Part shown: positions 1 to 10,292 of the stretch, one piece after another
Numbering within the stretch: the stretch's first letter is position 1
Layout of the letters: each line of letters opens with the position of its first letter
Virus record (IMG/VR): IMGVR_UViG_3300033463_000010
Coordinates: 128,001-192,000 of that record
Strand: one strand, 5' to 3'
Origin: a virus
Lineage: Duplodnaviria > Caudoviricetes
Length of the DNA: 64,000 nucleotides
Notes under the pieces: generated by a model
What the model was told of the DNA's origin: nothing
The model's database searches: none
Seen by the model: only the letters and a program-made list of their open reading frames with translations
Position numbers and translations under genes: made by a program

Positions 1-142
1 GTCAACGGTAAACGATTCAAGCAACTTTACAAGGTCTTTCTTGAAGACGTTTACGCAGCTTCCCGTGAAGTAGGTTCCCCCGTCTTCACGCTTATAGGAA
101 AGTTTCTTTGCCTTCGGATTGTGCGTAAGCTGTTTAAGCAGT

Positions 143-856
143 TTAAGGATTTGTTCCTTTTCGGTCGTTCTCATTTGAGTTTTCCTCACGGGCTTTTAAG
201 GTTACGTGGCTGTTTACTATTTCTTCTAAAACAAACTTCAAGTATTTATAGTTTTCGTTCGTTACGTCTTCCCAGGCTACGGGCGTAGTGAAGCACACGA
301 CACCAGGCTTTACGCTAGTAGGCAAGAACAGGTAATCCACCGTTGCGATATAGTAGCGGGCATCCCCGATTTCCGACCATTTACCGATAGAAAGGACTTC
401 TTTCTTGCTGTCGTAGATAACGTTAATTCCCTTGACCTGTTGGTTAAGAAGTCGCCATACACGGGTAATGCTCCACGTTCTGTCATTGAGTTCGTCATAG
501 ACACCCGTAGCAATTTTCTTGATTTGGCTACAAAACAGTGCGTAGTTACTGCACGGGTTCGGTATCGCCAAAATGGTCCCGTCGTCAAGCGGGACGGAAT
601 AGGTCCCAACGTCTTCGGGGTGGAATGTCATATCCTCAATCGGGAGCTGTTCATACCAGGGCGAAAGACGCTTACCGCACATAGGGCAGAAGTGAATCCC
701 TAGTTGGAGCGGTTCGCTTTCGTCGTAATTCACACGCATAACGGGTTCGCCCGTGTTTTCGCTCACACCGATTTCCACAAGCGACGCACCGCCCAGGGAA
801 TTTCTAGCCAACGGCTTGAACAATCCGTTATCGTTCTTTTCACAATACTTGCACAT
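143..856 (-). CDS. Hypothetical protein with N-terminal Zn-ribbon (MCKYCE...FCPMCGK family)
   Basis: CxxC...CPxCG motif shared with several small ORFs in the window; a class II promoter motif lies upstream (888-904). Confidence 0.7.
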   Translation of the reverse strand: MCKYCEKNDNGLFKPLARNSLGGASLVEIGVSENTGEPVMRVNYDESEPLQLGIHFCPMCGKRLSPWYEQLPIEDMTFHPEDVGTYSVPLDDGTILAIPNPCSNYALFCSQIKKIATGVYDELNDRTWSITRVWRLLNQQVKGINVIYDSKKEVLSIGKWSEIGDARYYIATVDYLFLPTSVKPGVVCFTTPVAWEDVTNENYKYLKFVLEEIVNSHVTLKAREENSNENDRKGTNP

Positions 857-906
857 TGTAAAATCCTTTAATGGGTCCTATGTTAGATATAGCACAACAA
901 CGACAA

Positions 907-2054
907 TTAGATAGAATGCGAACACCACCAATCCTGGGTGATTTCGCCCTTTTCGGGAATGTCCGACAGTTTCACAACGTAGTCGTCCAGGGGTGCCGTG
1001 CCGTCCGAATTGTTTACAGTTACGACGGCACACAGCCCGTCGGCAGGGTAATACCCCACTGACACTTCCCCGAAGCTAATGCGGGGTTGTAGCTTCTGTT
1101 CTACCTGCCCGCATTCGCCCTGGAATTTCAGCAGTGCTTTATTTAGCTTCGGGTGCTTCATAGCTTATTCACGGATTCCACCCACTTTTCGTAGGCTTGA
1201 ACCGCCTTGTCCTTTTGGCGTTTAAGGTGGTCTGTGGCTGCGTCTATCACGTCGGTAGGCATTCTATTGCCTGGGACAAAAGAAAGCCCCTGGTAACGCC
1301 TGGTGGCACAGAAAGACGAGAAATACTCAACCGTGGGCGGGTTCTTTTTGACCTTGCCCATATATTCGTGAAATTCCAGGCACTTGATTGCCACGTCGTA
1401 ATCCAACATAATGTTGTCGTTCTGTTGGTAAGCCTGGAACACACGCATATAAATGGTTTCACAGGACGTTCCGTCGTAACCGTAGCCGTGGCTAGTGGAC
1501 TCCGTGAATTTAAGGACCACGGGGTTATGCTCCGAAACGGTCCGCATAAGGTCTGCAAGTTCAAGCAATTCCATAGGTAGCCCCCATTAGCACTTGAAGC
1601 CGTGGCTTCTCAAAATACCATAATAGTGTTCGGCAAGTTCCAACCATTTCTTGTGGTGCCTTGCATAGTCGGTATGTTCCTTGAAAAGTTCGGCTTTCTT
1701 TTCATTGTTGGATTCCATAAGGTATTTGCCGAAAGCGTCGTCGCTGATACGCTTCGCTTCCTTTGCTTTGAGCAAGCAGCGTTTGGCGTTGGAGCGGTGC
1801 GAAACGTCCTGGGCATAATACATTTCGTATCTGTAGTGCTTGACGGTTTCTTCCACGCAGTCTGCATAGGCGTTCATACCAACTTCAAAAGCGGAACGCA
1901 TACCGTCAAGCATAATGCCCGTGAGTTTCTTCCAGGCACTTTCGGTTACAGAAATCCCCAAGCTAGTCAAAGCACCATACAGCCTCCCGCAAACTTTCGT
2001 GTAGGGGGCTTCCATCCTATTTACGGCATTCTTTACAATTTCGTTGCGGTCCAT
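907..2054 (-). other. Three hypothetical CDSs (907-1161, 1158-1574, 1587-2054)
   Basis: Abutting or overlapping minus-strand ORFs with operon-like packing. Confidence 0.65.
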
Positions 2055-2057
2055 AGT

Positions 2058-2603
2058 CTATACCTTGTTGTAATGTTCCCAAATATCACGGGCGAAATCC
2101 ACCCACTTGTTGTAGGTCATTGACTTCGGGGCATACGGTTTATACAGGGTTTCAAAAAACGGTTCCCAACCCTTTTTAGCGATTACACGGACTGCCGACG
2201 AGGACAGGTCACGCAGGGGTGCAGGGCTAGGGATAAAGATTGTCGGGTATTCACCGTGGGAAATGTTATAGTTGTAGCCCGCCATAGGCATTTCCACGTC
2301 CAGGTCTATTGCAGAGCGAACGCCTCGGATTAGAACGATACGGTCCGCAACGTCGGTCATAGCCATAAGTTCGTCGCAGTAGTCGCAGATAAACCCGCCC
2401 GTGTGTTCGGGCTTAATCCAGGTTGCGTCCTGGACCCATTGGGCACGTTTTTCTTTGGGGACGCTGTATTCCTTCTGCGGGTTGTCCGCTAAAACGATTT
2501 GAACCATATCGTCGCCAAAGATATGCTTTGCCGTTTCAATGACTGCGATATGCCCTGCGTGAATAGGATTGAAACTTCCTGCATAGACAGCTAGTGTGTT
2601 CAC
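2058..2603 (-). CDS. coaD: Phosphopantetheine adenylyltransferase (CoaD-like nucleotidyltransferase)
   Basis: AVYAGSFNPIHAGH (HxGH), LIRGVR...D.D.E, PTIFIP, LSSSAVR motifs; probable GTG start at 2603 with AGGAG RBS at 2611-2615. Confidence 0.75.
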   Translation of the reverse strand: MNTLAVYAGSFNPIHAGHIAVIETAKHIFGDDMVQIVLADNPQKEYSVPKEKRAQWVQDATWIKPEHTGGFICDYCDELMAMTDVADRIVLIRGVRSAIDLDVEMPMAGYNYNISHGEYPTIFIPSPAPLRDLSSSAVRVIAKKGWEPFFETLYKPYAPKSMTYNKWVDFARDIWEHYNKV

Positions 2604-3967
2604 TTCTTTGCTCCTAAAATAAGATTGATAACCTGTTCCAAACGCATAACGTCCTGGTCCGTGAGTTTGTCCCACGGGACTGCGGGTTCCACTTGAACAA
2701 TCTTGTCGCCCTGCTTCTCAATGGACGTGTATGCTGCAAAGTCCGAAGCAATACGAACGTCCTGGAAATAAATTGAACTGATAATGAAATCCTGGACCTT
2801 GAAAGTTCCCGCAGGGAATTTCGCAGTAAGGTATCGGTAGAACTTCAACAGGTTCCAACGGGGAATGCCCATATAGTCAATGTTGGCGTTATGCCATTCC
2901 GTATCGCCACGCAAGCGGACCTTATACTGCCCGATTTCCAACGGGTGCAAGGGTTCGTTTTCCTTGTCAAGACTGTAATCAAACGAGTGCATAACAGTGT
3001 TGAAGTTGTTAGTGTCAAGCAATTCGCCCTTGCCGTCCGCAAGCCACATAGCGACTTCCCAATGCGTAGGGACATCGGATTGCGGGAGCGTGAACGGTGC
3101 TTTCGGGTGCGGACCGTGGTGCATTTTTTCAGTGCTGTTAGCGATAAAGTCTTGCGTTCTTTTGGCTGACATTCGTTCTAATTCCTTTTCTGTGAATAAT
3201 CCCTTTATATGGTTTGCAGCGTCGTCAATTTGTTTGGGCGTAATGCCCCGCCACGGACAATACGTCCCCTTTGCGAGCAGCACCAGGTTTTCGTCTGCTG
3301 CGACTAACCCCTTGTGACTTTCGCACATAACAAGAATGCGGTCGTGGACCTGGTTGCCATAGTCGGGGACGGTTGTTTCCGTTTTGTCACGGACAATGTA
3401 TTCGTCCCCTAAAATGGAAACCAACCTCGCATAATACTTGTCAAGATTCCAGGTGTTAGCGTTGGCGGTGTCAAGCCAACGCATAGCACACCTAACAGCG
3501 TAATAAACGTCCCTGTCAATAACACGTTCCCAGTGAATGTAGTTGTCCCCGTATTCGTTACGCAAGCACAAGATATGCTCCGTAGCCAGGATTATGCAGT
3601 TTTGCCCGCTTGTCAGTTTTTCGTTAGACCGCTTGTCAGCACAGATAACCAGGAGGGTCGTGGGAAGTTCTTCAATGCTTTCAGCCTTGATAGCGGTTTT
3701 TACATAGTCCTTAAACTTCTTAAAATTCCACGGGGGTTCCGCTAATCCGTTGGCAACTGCGATAACGTCGTGCCCGAACATTTCCTTTGAAATGTTGGGC
3801 GTAAAGGCGATACCTTCGGGAACGTCGCTGCCGTGAATGCAGCGGAGCGAATGGGTCTGCGGAATGCTCGCATAGATTTTTCCGTAAGTGGCTTTGTCGT
3901 TGCACTCAACGTAGAAATCGTCTTCGTCCGTTTGGATAATGCAGTATTTGTAATTGTAAGTAGGCAC
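2600..3967 (-). CDS. Hypothetical protein (455 aa)
   Basis: Long ORF whose stop overlaps the coaD start. Confidence 0.75.
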   Translation of the reverse strand: MPTYNYKYCIIQTDEDDFYVECNDKATYGKIYASIPQTHSLRCIHGSDVPEGIAFTPNISKEMFGHDVIAVANGLAEPPWNFKKFKDYVKTAIKAESIEELPTTLLVICADKRSNEKLTSGQNCIILATEHILCLRNEYGDNYIHWERVIDRDVYYAVRCAMRWLDTANANTWNLDKYYARLVSILGDEYIVRDKTETTVPDYGNQVHDRILVMCESHKGLVAADENLVLLAKGTYCPWRGITPKQIDDAANHIKGLFTEKELERMSAKRTQDFIANSTEKMHHGPHPKAPFTLPQSDVPTHWEVAMWLADGKGELLDTNNFNTVMHSFDYSLDKENEPLHPLEIGQYKVRLRGDTEWHNANIDYMGIPRWNLLKFYRYLTAKFPAGTFKVQDFIISSIYFQDVRIASDFAAYTSIEKQGDKIVQVEPAVPWDKLTDQDVMRLEQVINLILGAKK

Positions 3968-4149
3968 GGTTTACCCCCCGCAGACCGTTGTGGCGTTAGT
4001 TCTTACGCAGAGTTCGCCTGGGTTGTTCGGGTTCGGCATAAGCATAGGTGCAGAAAATTTAGGTTCCTGTTGAGTTTCAGCGGGCATACCCTTGTCGCTG
4101 AATCCGTGATTAAAGAAACAGAAATGCTGCGGAAAAGTTTCGTTCATAA

Positions 4150-4446
4150 TTACCCCTTGTTGTTGTTTTCCTGGATTTTCTTAATGTAGTCCTGGTAGCT
4201 GTCAAGGATTTTCTTTTCAATACTGCTCTTGACACGCTTGTTATTGATATTGACGATTTCGGGTTCCCACTTGCCTCTAGGATAACCCACGGCAATCTTG
4301 CCGTCGTCAACGTCCAAAATTCGGAAATCCTTTAAGGTAAGGACCCCGTTAAACGTGACGATTACATTGACAAGCGTGTTGTTAATATGCCAATCGGGTT
4401 CAAACCTAATGTTGGTGATTTTGAGTGCGGGATTTCTTTTAGCCAT
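4150..4446 (-). CDS. SpoVG-family nucleic-acid-binding protein
   Basis: KITNIR...VTFNGVLTLKDFRIL...VGYP...IEKKILDSY matches the SpoVG pattern; first gene behind a class I promoter. Confidence 0.65.
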   Translation of the reverse strand: MAKRNPALKITNIRFEPDWHINNTLVNVIVTFNGVLTLKDFRILDVDDGKIAVGYPRGKWEPEIVNINNKRVKSSIEKKILDSYQDYIKKIQENNNKG

Positions 4447-4524
4447 TGGACTATCCTCGGTTAAAGTGGTTGGTTGTCTAGTCCAAATATAACAAATTAC
4501 CTGTCGGCTGTCAACAGGTAATTT
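4447..4524 (-). promoter_or_regulatory. Class I cassette: TTGACA-17-TATATT promoter, dyad around the -35, conserved leader and ACCGAGGA RBS
   Basis: -35 at 4509-4514, -10 at 4486-4491, dyad AAATTACCTG-N11-CAGGTAATTT. Confidence 0.9.
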
Positions 4525-4812
4525 GATAATTTTTATTATTTTTGTTCCTGGATAATTTTTGAAATTTCCGAAAGGCTTCTAGGTTTCGGGAGTTCGCAAA
4601 TCTGCTGCACCGTCTTCGGGGACAACGCCTTTACGAAGCCCTTGATATGGAACGTGAAGTCGGGGGACATATAGATTGTGCCTTCTTTTGTGTTTCCACG
4701 AACTACGGACAGCCCTAGAATGCCGTTACTGTCAGTGACGTAATCAAAGGCGTGTTCGTCAACGTCTAGTTCGTGGATTACTGTGTCGTGGCTCTTGATT
4801 TGCAGGAACATA

Positions 4813-5286
4813 CTAAAAATCCCCCTCGGCAACTTGCAGGCACTTGAAGCCCAATTCCCTCCATTTATTAACCATAGAATTTCTGTCTTCCAGGATAAAC
4901 GCCACCTTGTAATCGGGGTTGCGTTGCAGATATTCGTTAAGCAGTTCGGGCTTAACTTCGGTGTCGTGACGCTTGTCACCGTCGTCACGGTAAAGGATAG
5001 GCAGACCCATAACACCGCCACGGTTATAGCGGAAATTCGGCATATTGTCACGGAGCCATTGACGGGTAGCGTCATTGGTGCTTCTGCGACGACCCGTGCA
5101 GAAAACGATACCGTAAGAGTCCGAGAGTGCTTCTACAAGCCTTACCATTTCGGTAATGGGCTTGTCCTGCCCGCAGGCTGCGTAGAAGCCGTCCCAATCT
5201 TTCGGCTCTTTGGAAAGATACTTCGCTGCACGTTCCGAAGCGTCGGTAATCGTGCCGTCAATGTCAACTACTACAATACTTCTCAT
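4813..5286 (-). CDS. HAD-family phosphatase (T4 polynucleotide kinase 3'-phosphatase-like domain)
   Basis: DIDGT motif I, TGR motif II, K and EDR motifs, C-terminal QVAEGDF. Confidence 0.85.
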   Translation of the reverse strand: MRSIVVVDIDGTITDASERAAKYLSKEPKDWDGFYAACGQDKPITEMVRLVEALSDSYGIVFCTGRRRSTNDATRQWLRDNMPNFRYNRGGVMGLPILYRDDGDKRHDTEVKPELLNEYLQRNPDYKVAFILEDRNSMVNKWRELGFKCLQVAEGDF

Positions 5287-5288
5287 AG

Positions 5289-6867
5289 TTATTCCTTTTT
5301 GGATTGGTTGGTTAATTGTTCCATAGCTTCTTCAAGGGACAGGAACGGTCCGAACTCAAGGTTCAAATCCTTGCAGTGCTGCTCCGTTGCGTCGTGGAGC
5401 GACTTTACCAAGTTGTTGCATTGGTCCCTGTTGTGAGCCTGCACAATGAACCTGTCAACGCATATAGACGATACGACGCTGATTTTTGGAGCCAGGGCGT
5501 TCTTTATGAACGTCCACATCCATTTGAGCAGCGGACGGTTCGCAGCCATAACCATAAAGGTCAATTCGGATTCGTCCGTAATAATGTTGAAGCCCCGCAT
5601 ACTAGCCCCGCTTCCAATAGTTTTTCTTGAATTTGGAAAGTTGGGCTTTGGCGTTCTTGTGGGCGACGGCTGCTTCCTTGTCCAAACCCTGCAAAGCAAG
5701 TTCAAAGGCTTCACGGGTGGTTTCATACAGGTTGCAGGTGCCTTCAAGCCAAACAAGTTCCTGGTTGAACTTGATACGGTAATTTCGTATGCAGTAGTGT
5801 TCGGGGTTGCGACGGTGCAACTTTATAAGGATTTTTACCACACGGTCGTGAAAGACGGTCACGGCTTCTTCTACTTCTGCGTAGCGGTCAAGGGTAAGAA
5901 TGGGTTTAATCATAGGTCAAGTTCCTTTACTTGTTTACCCGCTTGTGCGGGTGGTGTTTTGGTGCGGACAGGTGCTTGTGGGTGCGTTCCATATCTTCAA
6001 CGAAAGCCCGTGCCCGCTGCGGAGTAGCAGCCGTAGTGTCTTCCAGGTCAATATGGCTCAATCGCATTTCCAGGCGGTTGTAGAAGCGTCTTTCACTCTT
6101 TGTGTGCGACATTACCCTTCCCCTTGAAAACGTCCCCAAAGGGGCACTTCTGTGGCTTGCCGATAAGCAGTCGTAGGTCCTGCTTCCACGAATCGTCAAT
6201 ATCGGGGTTCCTGGCACCCGCCAGGGACGGGGGGACCTGCATATCCACCGACGCAGTGTATCTAGCCCGTTCGTAGGTTATATATTCGTCCGTGGCTGCA
6301 AACAGTTCGTTCGCTTTCGTGAGCAGGTCCTTTTCATTAAAGAACGTCGCTATGAAAGAAGTCCCGCAGACCCCCGAAATAGACTGACAGCCGAACGGGT
6401 GGTCGTCCATATACTTACGCATCCAGGCGAGCGTTACAGAGTTCCTGCATACGGCATTGAAAGACAGGTGCGGTGTGTCCAGGATAACTGCAAATTCAAC
6501 GGGGTCTTCCCCCATAGTTGCGTAATGCGTGACTACCGCAGCCAACGTCAATTCTTCGGGCGAAAGCGAACCCTTGCAGGCGTTGTTAATCTTGTCTTTG
6601 ATTTCCTGCGGTAAATTCGGAGTGCGTTCGGGCATACAACCTCACTTCGGGCTTATAGGTCTTTTTAAGGACCTGGTTCTTTGCGTATTCCTTGTCAAAA
6701 TCAATAATTGCGGTTTCCGCTTCGGACGTGACATAAACACGTCCGTCGGGCAGACGGAAATAGTAAGGCTTCGGACGCATTACCAAATCCCGTAATGCCC
6801 CTGGGGGCAGCATTTCCAGGAAATGTCGGCAGATAGGGCAACCCATACGGAACCCCCTTACTGCCAA
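5289..6867 (-). other. Block of about five small hypothetical CDSs
   Basis: Tightly packed minus-strand ORFs (e.g. 5602-5913, 6093-6635, 6586-6867). Confidence 0.55.
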
Positions 6868-7229
6868 TCTTCACAGTAACGCTTGCGGAGCGTTCCCAGG
6901 GTTTCTTTAAGGGGCTTCACGGAAATGTCACGTTCGGCACGAAGACCGAACTGCCCACGGGCTGCGAAAACGTCCTTGAGCGAAATGGAGCCTAGTTCAA
7001 GACCGTAGCCCAGGGTAGCTGCCCCGAATACGGTCATATCTTCGGAGGGCTGCGTCTTTGCGTCGTCGGCAAAGAAGCTGTCGTCTTCAAGAACATACCA
7101 GGTGCAGGCTGTTCCAGGGAGGAAGTATCGGGCAATAACCCTCTTTTCGTCCCTGGGGGTGCCGTCCGTGGAAGCATACGGAGTCTTCTTGAGAGCAGCA
7201 ATAATCGGATTGGTAAGCATTTTTTGCAT
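6858..7229 (-). CDS. DUF2958-like protein
   Basis: RYFLPGTACTWYVLE...FG...LGYGLELGSISL...GLRAERD pattern. Confidence 0.7.
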   Translation of the reverse strand: MQKMLTNPIIAALKKTPYASTDGTPRDEKRVIARYFLPGTACTWYVLEDDSFFADDAKTQPSEDMTVFGAATLGYGLELGSISLKDVFAARGQFGLRAERDISVKPLKETLGTLRKRYCEDWQ

Positions 7230-7304
7230 AGGATTTATCCTCGGTTTGTGGTTTCTTATGCCATAAATATAACTAATTACCCAACACCTGTCAATAGGTA
7301 ATTA
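7230..7304 (-). promoter_or_regulatory. Class I promoter/operator cassette
   Basis: TTGACA 7289-7294, TATATT 7266-7271, TAATTACC..GGTAATTA dyad, ACCGAGGA RBS. Confidence 0.85.
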
Positions 7305-7314
7305 CAAATTTTTA

Positions 7315-9260
7315 TTAAAAGTTGAAACCGTATTTCGCAGCGTCTTCAAGGTATCGGTTCCAACCGTCTGTGAAACGCCAATTACGGTGCTGTTCCTTTG
7401 CCAACTGTGCGAAGTAGCAACTAGCCCAGGATATTTTCAGCCCTAGCGATTCGGCTACGTTTCTCAAGCGGATTTCCCACCAAACGTGGGTGCTGAATGT
7501 CTTGTCAAACCAGGTCTTCATACAATGCCCTTTGGGTTCATAACCCCGATATAGTCAATAATGATAGGTTCGTCGCCTGTAGGAACATACGCAGGACCCC
7601 CACAATCGGGTCTAGTCGGTTGCGTAGCCGTATAGCACTTTATGTTCCGTCCCTTTACAATCTTTCGCAGGGCTTCCCAGGTTTCGTTCAATTTCTTGCG
7701 TGTCATAGCAGCTCCCTAAAAATTCGTTTCGTCAACGGTCCCGAAACAATTAGCCATTCGTAAGCACTTCTTTTTGGCTATAATCATTCGGCTAATGAAA
7801 TGAGAAAGGCTTACCCGTGAATTTGGGTGCTTCTCAAAATACGTGGAATAGTCAAAATACTTGCAGGTCTTCGCACGGGAAACCCATAGGGCAAACACAA
7901 TCTTTTCAACGTCCTTTATTCCGCAGACGTGCGTCTTGCCCATAAATTCGTCCGAACGGTAAGTAGGTATAGGCAGCTTCATTAGAGAACCCCCTTGTCT
8001 TTGAGTTTGTCTTCGGTATTTCGGGCATTCCAATAGTTCGCAAGAGAGAGCAGAATGACTAATACCCCGAACGCTCCCGAAAGCATAGCTTCGCTGCGTT
8101 CGCCTTCCAGGATATGCCCCAATTCCTGCAAGAAATAGATACCGCCCCATATGATTGCCCACGCAACCCAAAACCGCTTTCTAAACTGAAAAAAGCTGTG
8201 TGCCTTGCTGCGGACCGCCACTTCGGGCGTAGCGTCAAGAATGTCGTTAATGCGGGCAGACATTTCTTCCTGGTTTTCAACAGTGAACACGAAACGCTTA
8301 CGCTTTATGGCTGTAATTTCCTTGACATTCTTTTCCTGCATTAACTTGTGGAACTGCTCCGTGATATACTTGCGGTTGCTAGATACCTCGCAGCTATTCG
8401 TGTCTTCATAGACTTTCGTAAAGATTTTAATTCCCATTGTAGCCCCTTTTAGATTTGGCAAGCGTTTACGATTTCCTTGACAATCGCTTCTTTGAGTTTG
8501 TCAGTCCCCCATACGGACTTCACGTTGAAAATGGCATCGTGGATTTGGGTCCTAGCCTTTTCCACAGCGTCGGCTTCGGACTGCACGTAAATGTAGAGAA
8601 ATTCTTCGCCAATCATACCCAACCCAGGCGTGAGCGTTACAAGGTATTCGGAACCGCTCAACCACGAACCGTGATAAATCCCACAGGGCGTTCCGTGGTG
8701 CTTTACCAGGTAGCTTGCGTTTAGCATTTGAGCGTTGCTAAAGCAGTCCAGGTGTCGGAAATGCTTACGGATAATATGCACCAGGAACTTGTAGAATGCT
8801 TCCAAGTGTCCGTTATAGAACGTAAGGAAAAACTTGTCCTTACTCACTTCCCTGTATTTGAAAAGTTTTGCGTAGGTGGCGATTTCTTCGTCGTTCAAGA
8901 TTATTTCTTCCATACCTATGCCTCCCATTCTTCGGCACAGTCGTCGTAGGTGTATTCTTTTTCAACCATACACAGGCGGTTGTCTTCCTTTGGTTTAAGG
9001 CTGTTCATAATCATTTGTGCTGCAACATCCGTGGAAGACTTTTTAGCGGGATGCTCTTGCGAAACTAATTCAGCACGAACAGAGCAATAGTCGTCCCCCA
9101 TACAAACGTCTAGGAACATTTCACAGTCAGTCTTTTCCCAACAGACAAAGTTGGGGAACGCATCAGCTACAACTTCCTGGAACGTCTTGTTCGTCACGAA
9201 CGTATCTGTGTAGTCTTGCTCAACTACGTGGTTCCTTTCTACCGTGAAATGAATCTGCAT
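7315..9260 (-). other. Block of about six small hypothetical CDSs, one with two predicted TM helices (7982-8461)
   Basis: Abutting minus-strand ORFs behind the promoter at 9261-9335. Confidence 0.6.
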
Positions 9261-9335
9261 TCTTATATCCTCGGTTACGGTGGTTGTTCTACCGTAAATA
9301 TAATAAATTACCTAATTACCGTCAATAGGTAATTT
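9261..9335 (-). promoter_or_regulatory. Class I promoter/operator cassette
   Basis: TTGACG 9320-9325, TATATT 9297-9302, perfect dyad AAATTACCTA-N11-TAGGTAATTT. Confidence 0.85.
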
Positions 9336-9462
9336 TAAAATTTTTTTGAAATAATTTTTCAAACCTACTTTACAGACTTGCAGGGTATTTCCGATAATCT
9401 GTATGTGTGGGGGCAATCCCGACCGCCCACAAGAGTCGGGGTCACTTTTAAAGGATTTTTAT

Positions 9463-9579
9463 ATGAAAAAGAACATTGATGCACTTGCAGCCGAATACGT
9501 CCTCCGCTTGATTTTCAAGGGCGAAAGAAACGCAGAACAGTTTAGAAAGAAAACCCAGGCTATGCGAGTGCGGGAGTAG
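9463..9579 (+). CDS. Putative 38-aa peptide MKKNIDALAAEYVLRLIFKGERNAEQFRKKTQAMRVRE
   Basis: AAAGGA RBS upstream of the ATG; fills an otherwise empty gap; below the ORF-track size cut-off. Confidence 0.4.
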   Translation: MKKNIDALAAEYVLRLIFKGERNAEQFRKKTQAMRVRE

Positions 9580-9841
9580 GTTCGTCCTGCGGGAGCGTCG
9601 GAGTTTCAGCAGGAACCGTCGTCGCTTCCGTGTTTTCCTGGCTGTGCTTCTTCTTATAGAGCCAGGTGCTATACGACATACCGTGAATGCGTTTGAACTT
9701 GTCAAGCCATTTGCGTTGCCGTGTAACGGGCTTTTCTGTGGGAGGGTTAAGGACTATGCCATACCTGGCTAGGTCCTTTTCTGCGTGTTCAGCTATCCGC
9801 TGTTGGAGTAGCTTGTAGAAATTTACGGGTTCGTCTGCCAT
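9560..9841 (-). CDS. Hypothetical protein, possible regulator
   Basis: Has its own variant class I promoter (TTGGCA 9897-9902); FKRIHGMSYST resembles the FEERHSLSFNT tail of the sigma-like protein. Confidence 0.6.
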   Translation of the reverse strand: MADEPVNFYKLLQQRIAEHAEKDLARYGIVLNPPTEKPVTRQRKWLDKFKRIHGMSYSTWLYKKKHSQENTEATTVPAETPTLPQDEPTPALA

Positions 9842-9935
9842 ATCGTGTTATCCTTGTCGGGAGTTTATAATAAATATATAACAATTTACTATAATCTGCC
9901 AACAGGTAATCCACAGAATGCTGTCAAAAATGTAG

Positions 9936-10022
9936 CGGAGCGGGCAGGATTCGGACCTGCGGTGAGCAAAACCCACGGCTCTTTAGCAAAGAACTGCCAT
10001 AGACCAGCTAGGCGACCACTCC
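9936..10022 (-). tRNA. tRNA-Ser(GCT)
   Basis: GGAGTGG/CCGCTCC acceptor, loop TT-GCT-AA, long variable arm, T-loop TCCGAAT; no encoded CCA. Confidence 0.9.
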
Positions 10023-10033
10023 AAAAATGTTAG

Positions 10034-10116
10034 TGCCGATTGCAGGATTCGGACCTACGAAGACTTGCGTCGGGTGATTTACAGTCACCTGCCTTTGACC
10101 GCTAGGCTAAATCGGC
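10034..10116 (-). tRNA. tRNA-Tyr(GTA)
   Basis: GCCGATT/AATCGGC acceptor, GGTGA-CT-GTA-AA-TCACC, long variable arm, T-loop TCCGAAT. Confidence 0.92.
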
Positions 10117-10124
10117 ATTGTTAG

Positions 10125-10198
10125 CTCTACCGCCACGATTCGGACGTGGACTCTCAACGCTTAACAGGCGTGGGTTTTACCAATTAAACTACGGCAGA
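10125..10198 (-). tRNA. tRNA-Asn(GTT)
   Basis: TCTGCCG/CGGTAGA acceptor, G73, loop CT-GTT-AA, T-loop TCCGAAT. Confidence 0.88.
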
Positions 10199-10204
10199 AT
10201 AATT

Positions 10205-10279
10205 CGGGGAAAGTGTGGGAGTCGGACCCACCTCACACATACCGTGATATGTGCAGTTCACCACGACGCTAAAGTTCCC
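10205..10279 (-). pseudogene. Degenerate tRNA-like element, anticodon not assignable
   Basis: Intact T-arm GTGGG-TCCGACT-CCCAC, two mismatches in the acceptor stem, 7-bp anticodon-like stem with a 6-nt loop TCACGG. Confidence 0.55.
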
Positions 10280-10292
10280 AAAAATGTTTTCG

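Noticed and set aside
10205-10279. Calling the degenerate element tRNA-His or tRNA-Arg
   Set aside because: A G-1:C73 pair is possible and the loop contains ACG, but no 7-nt loop with a valid anticodon can be drawn
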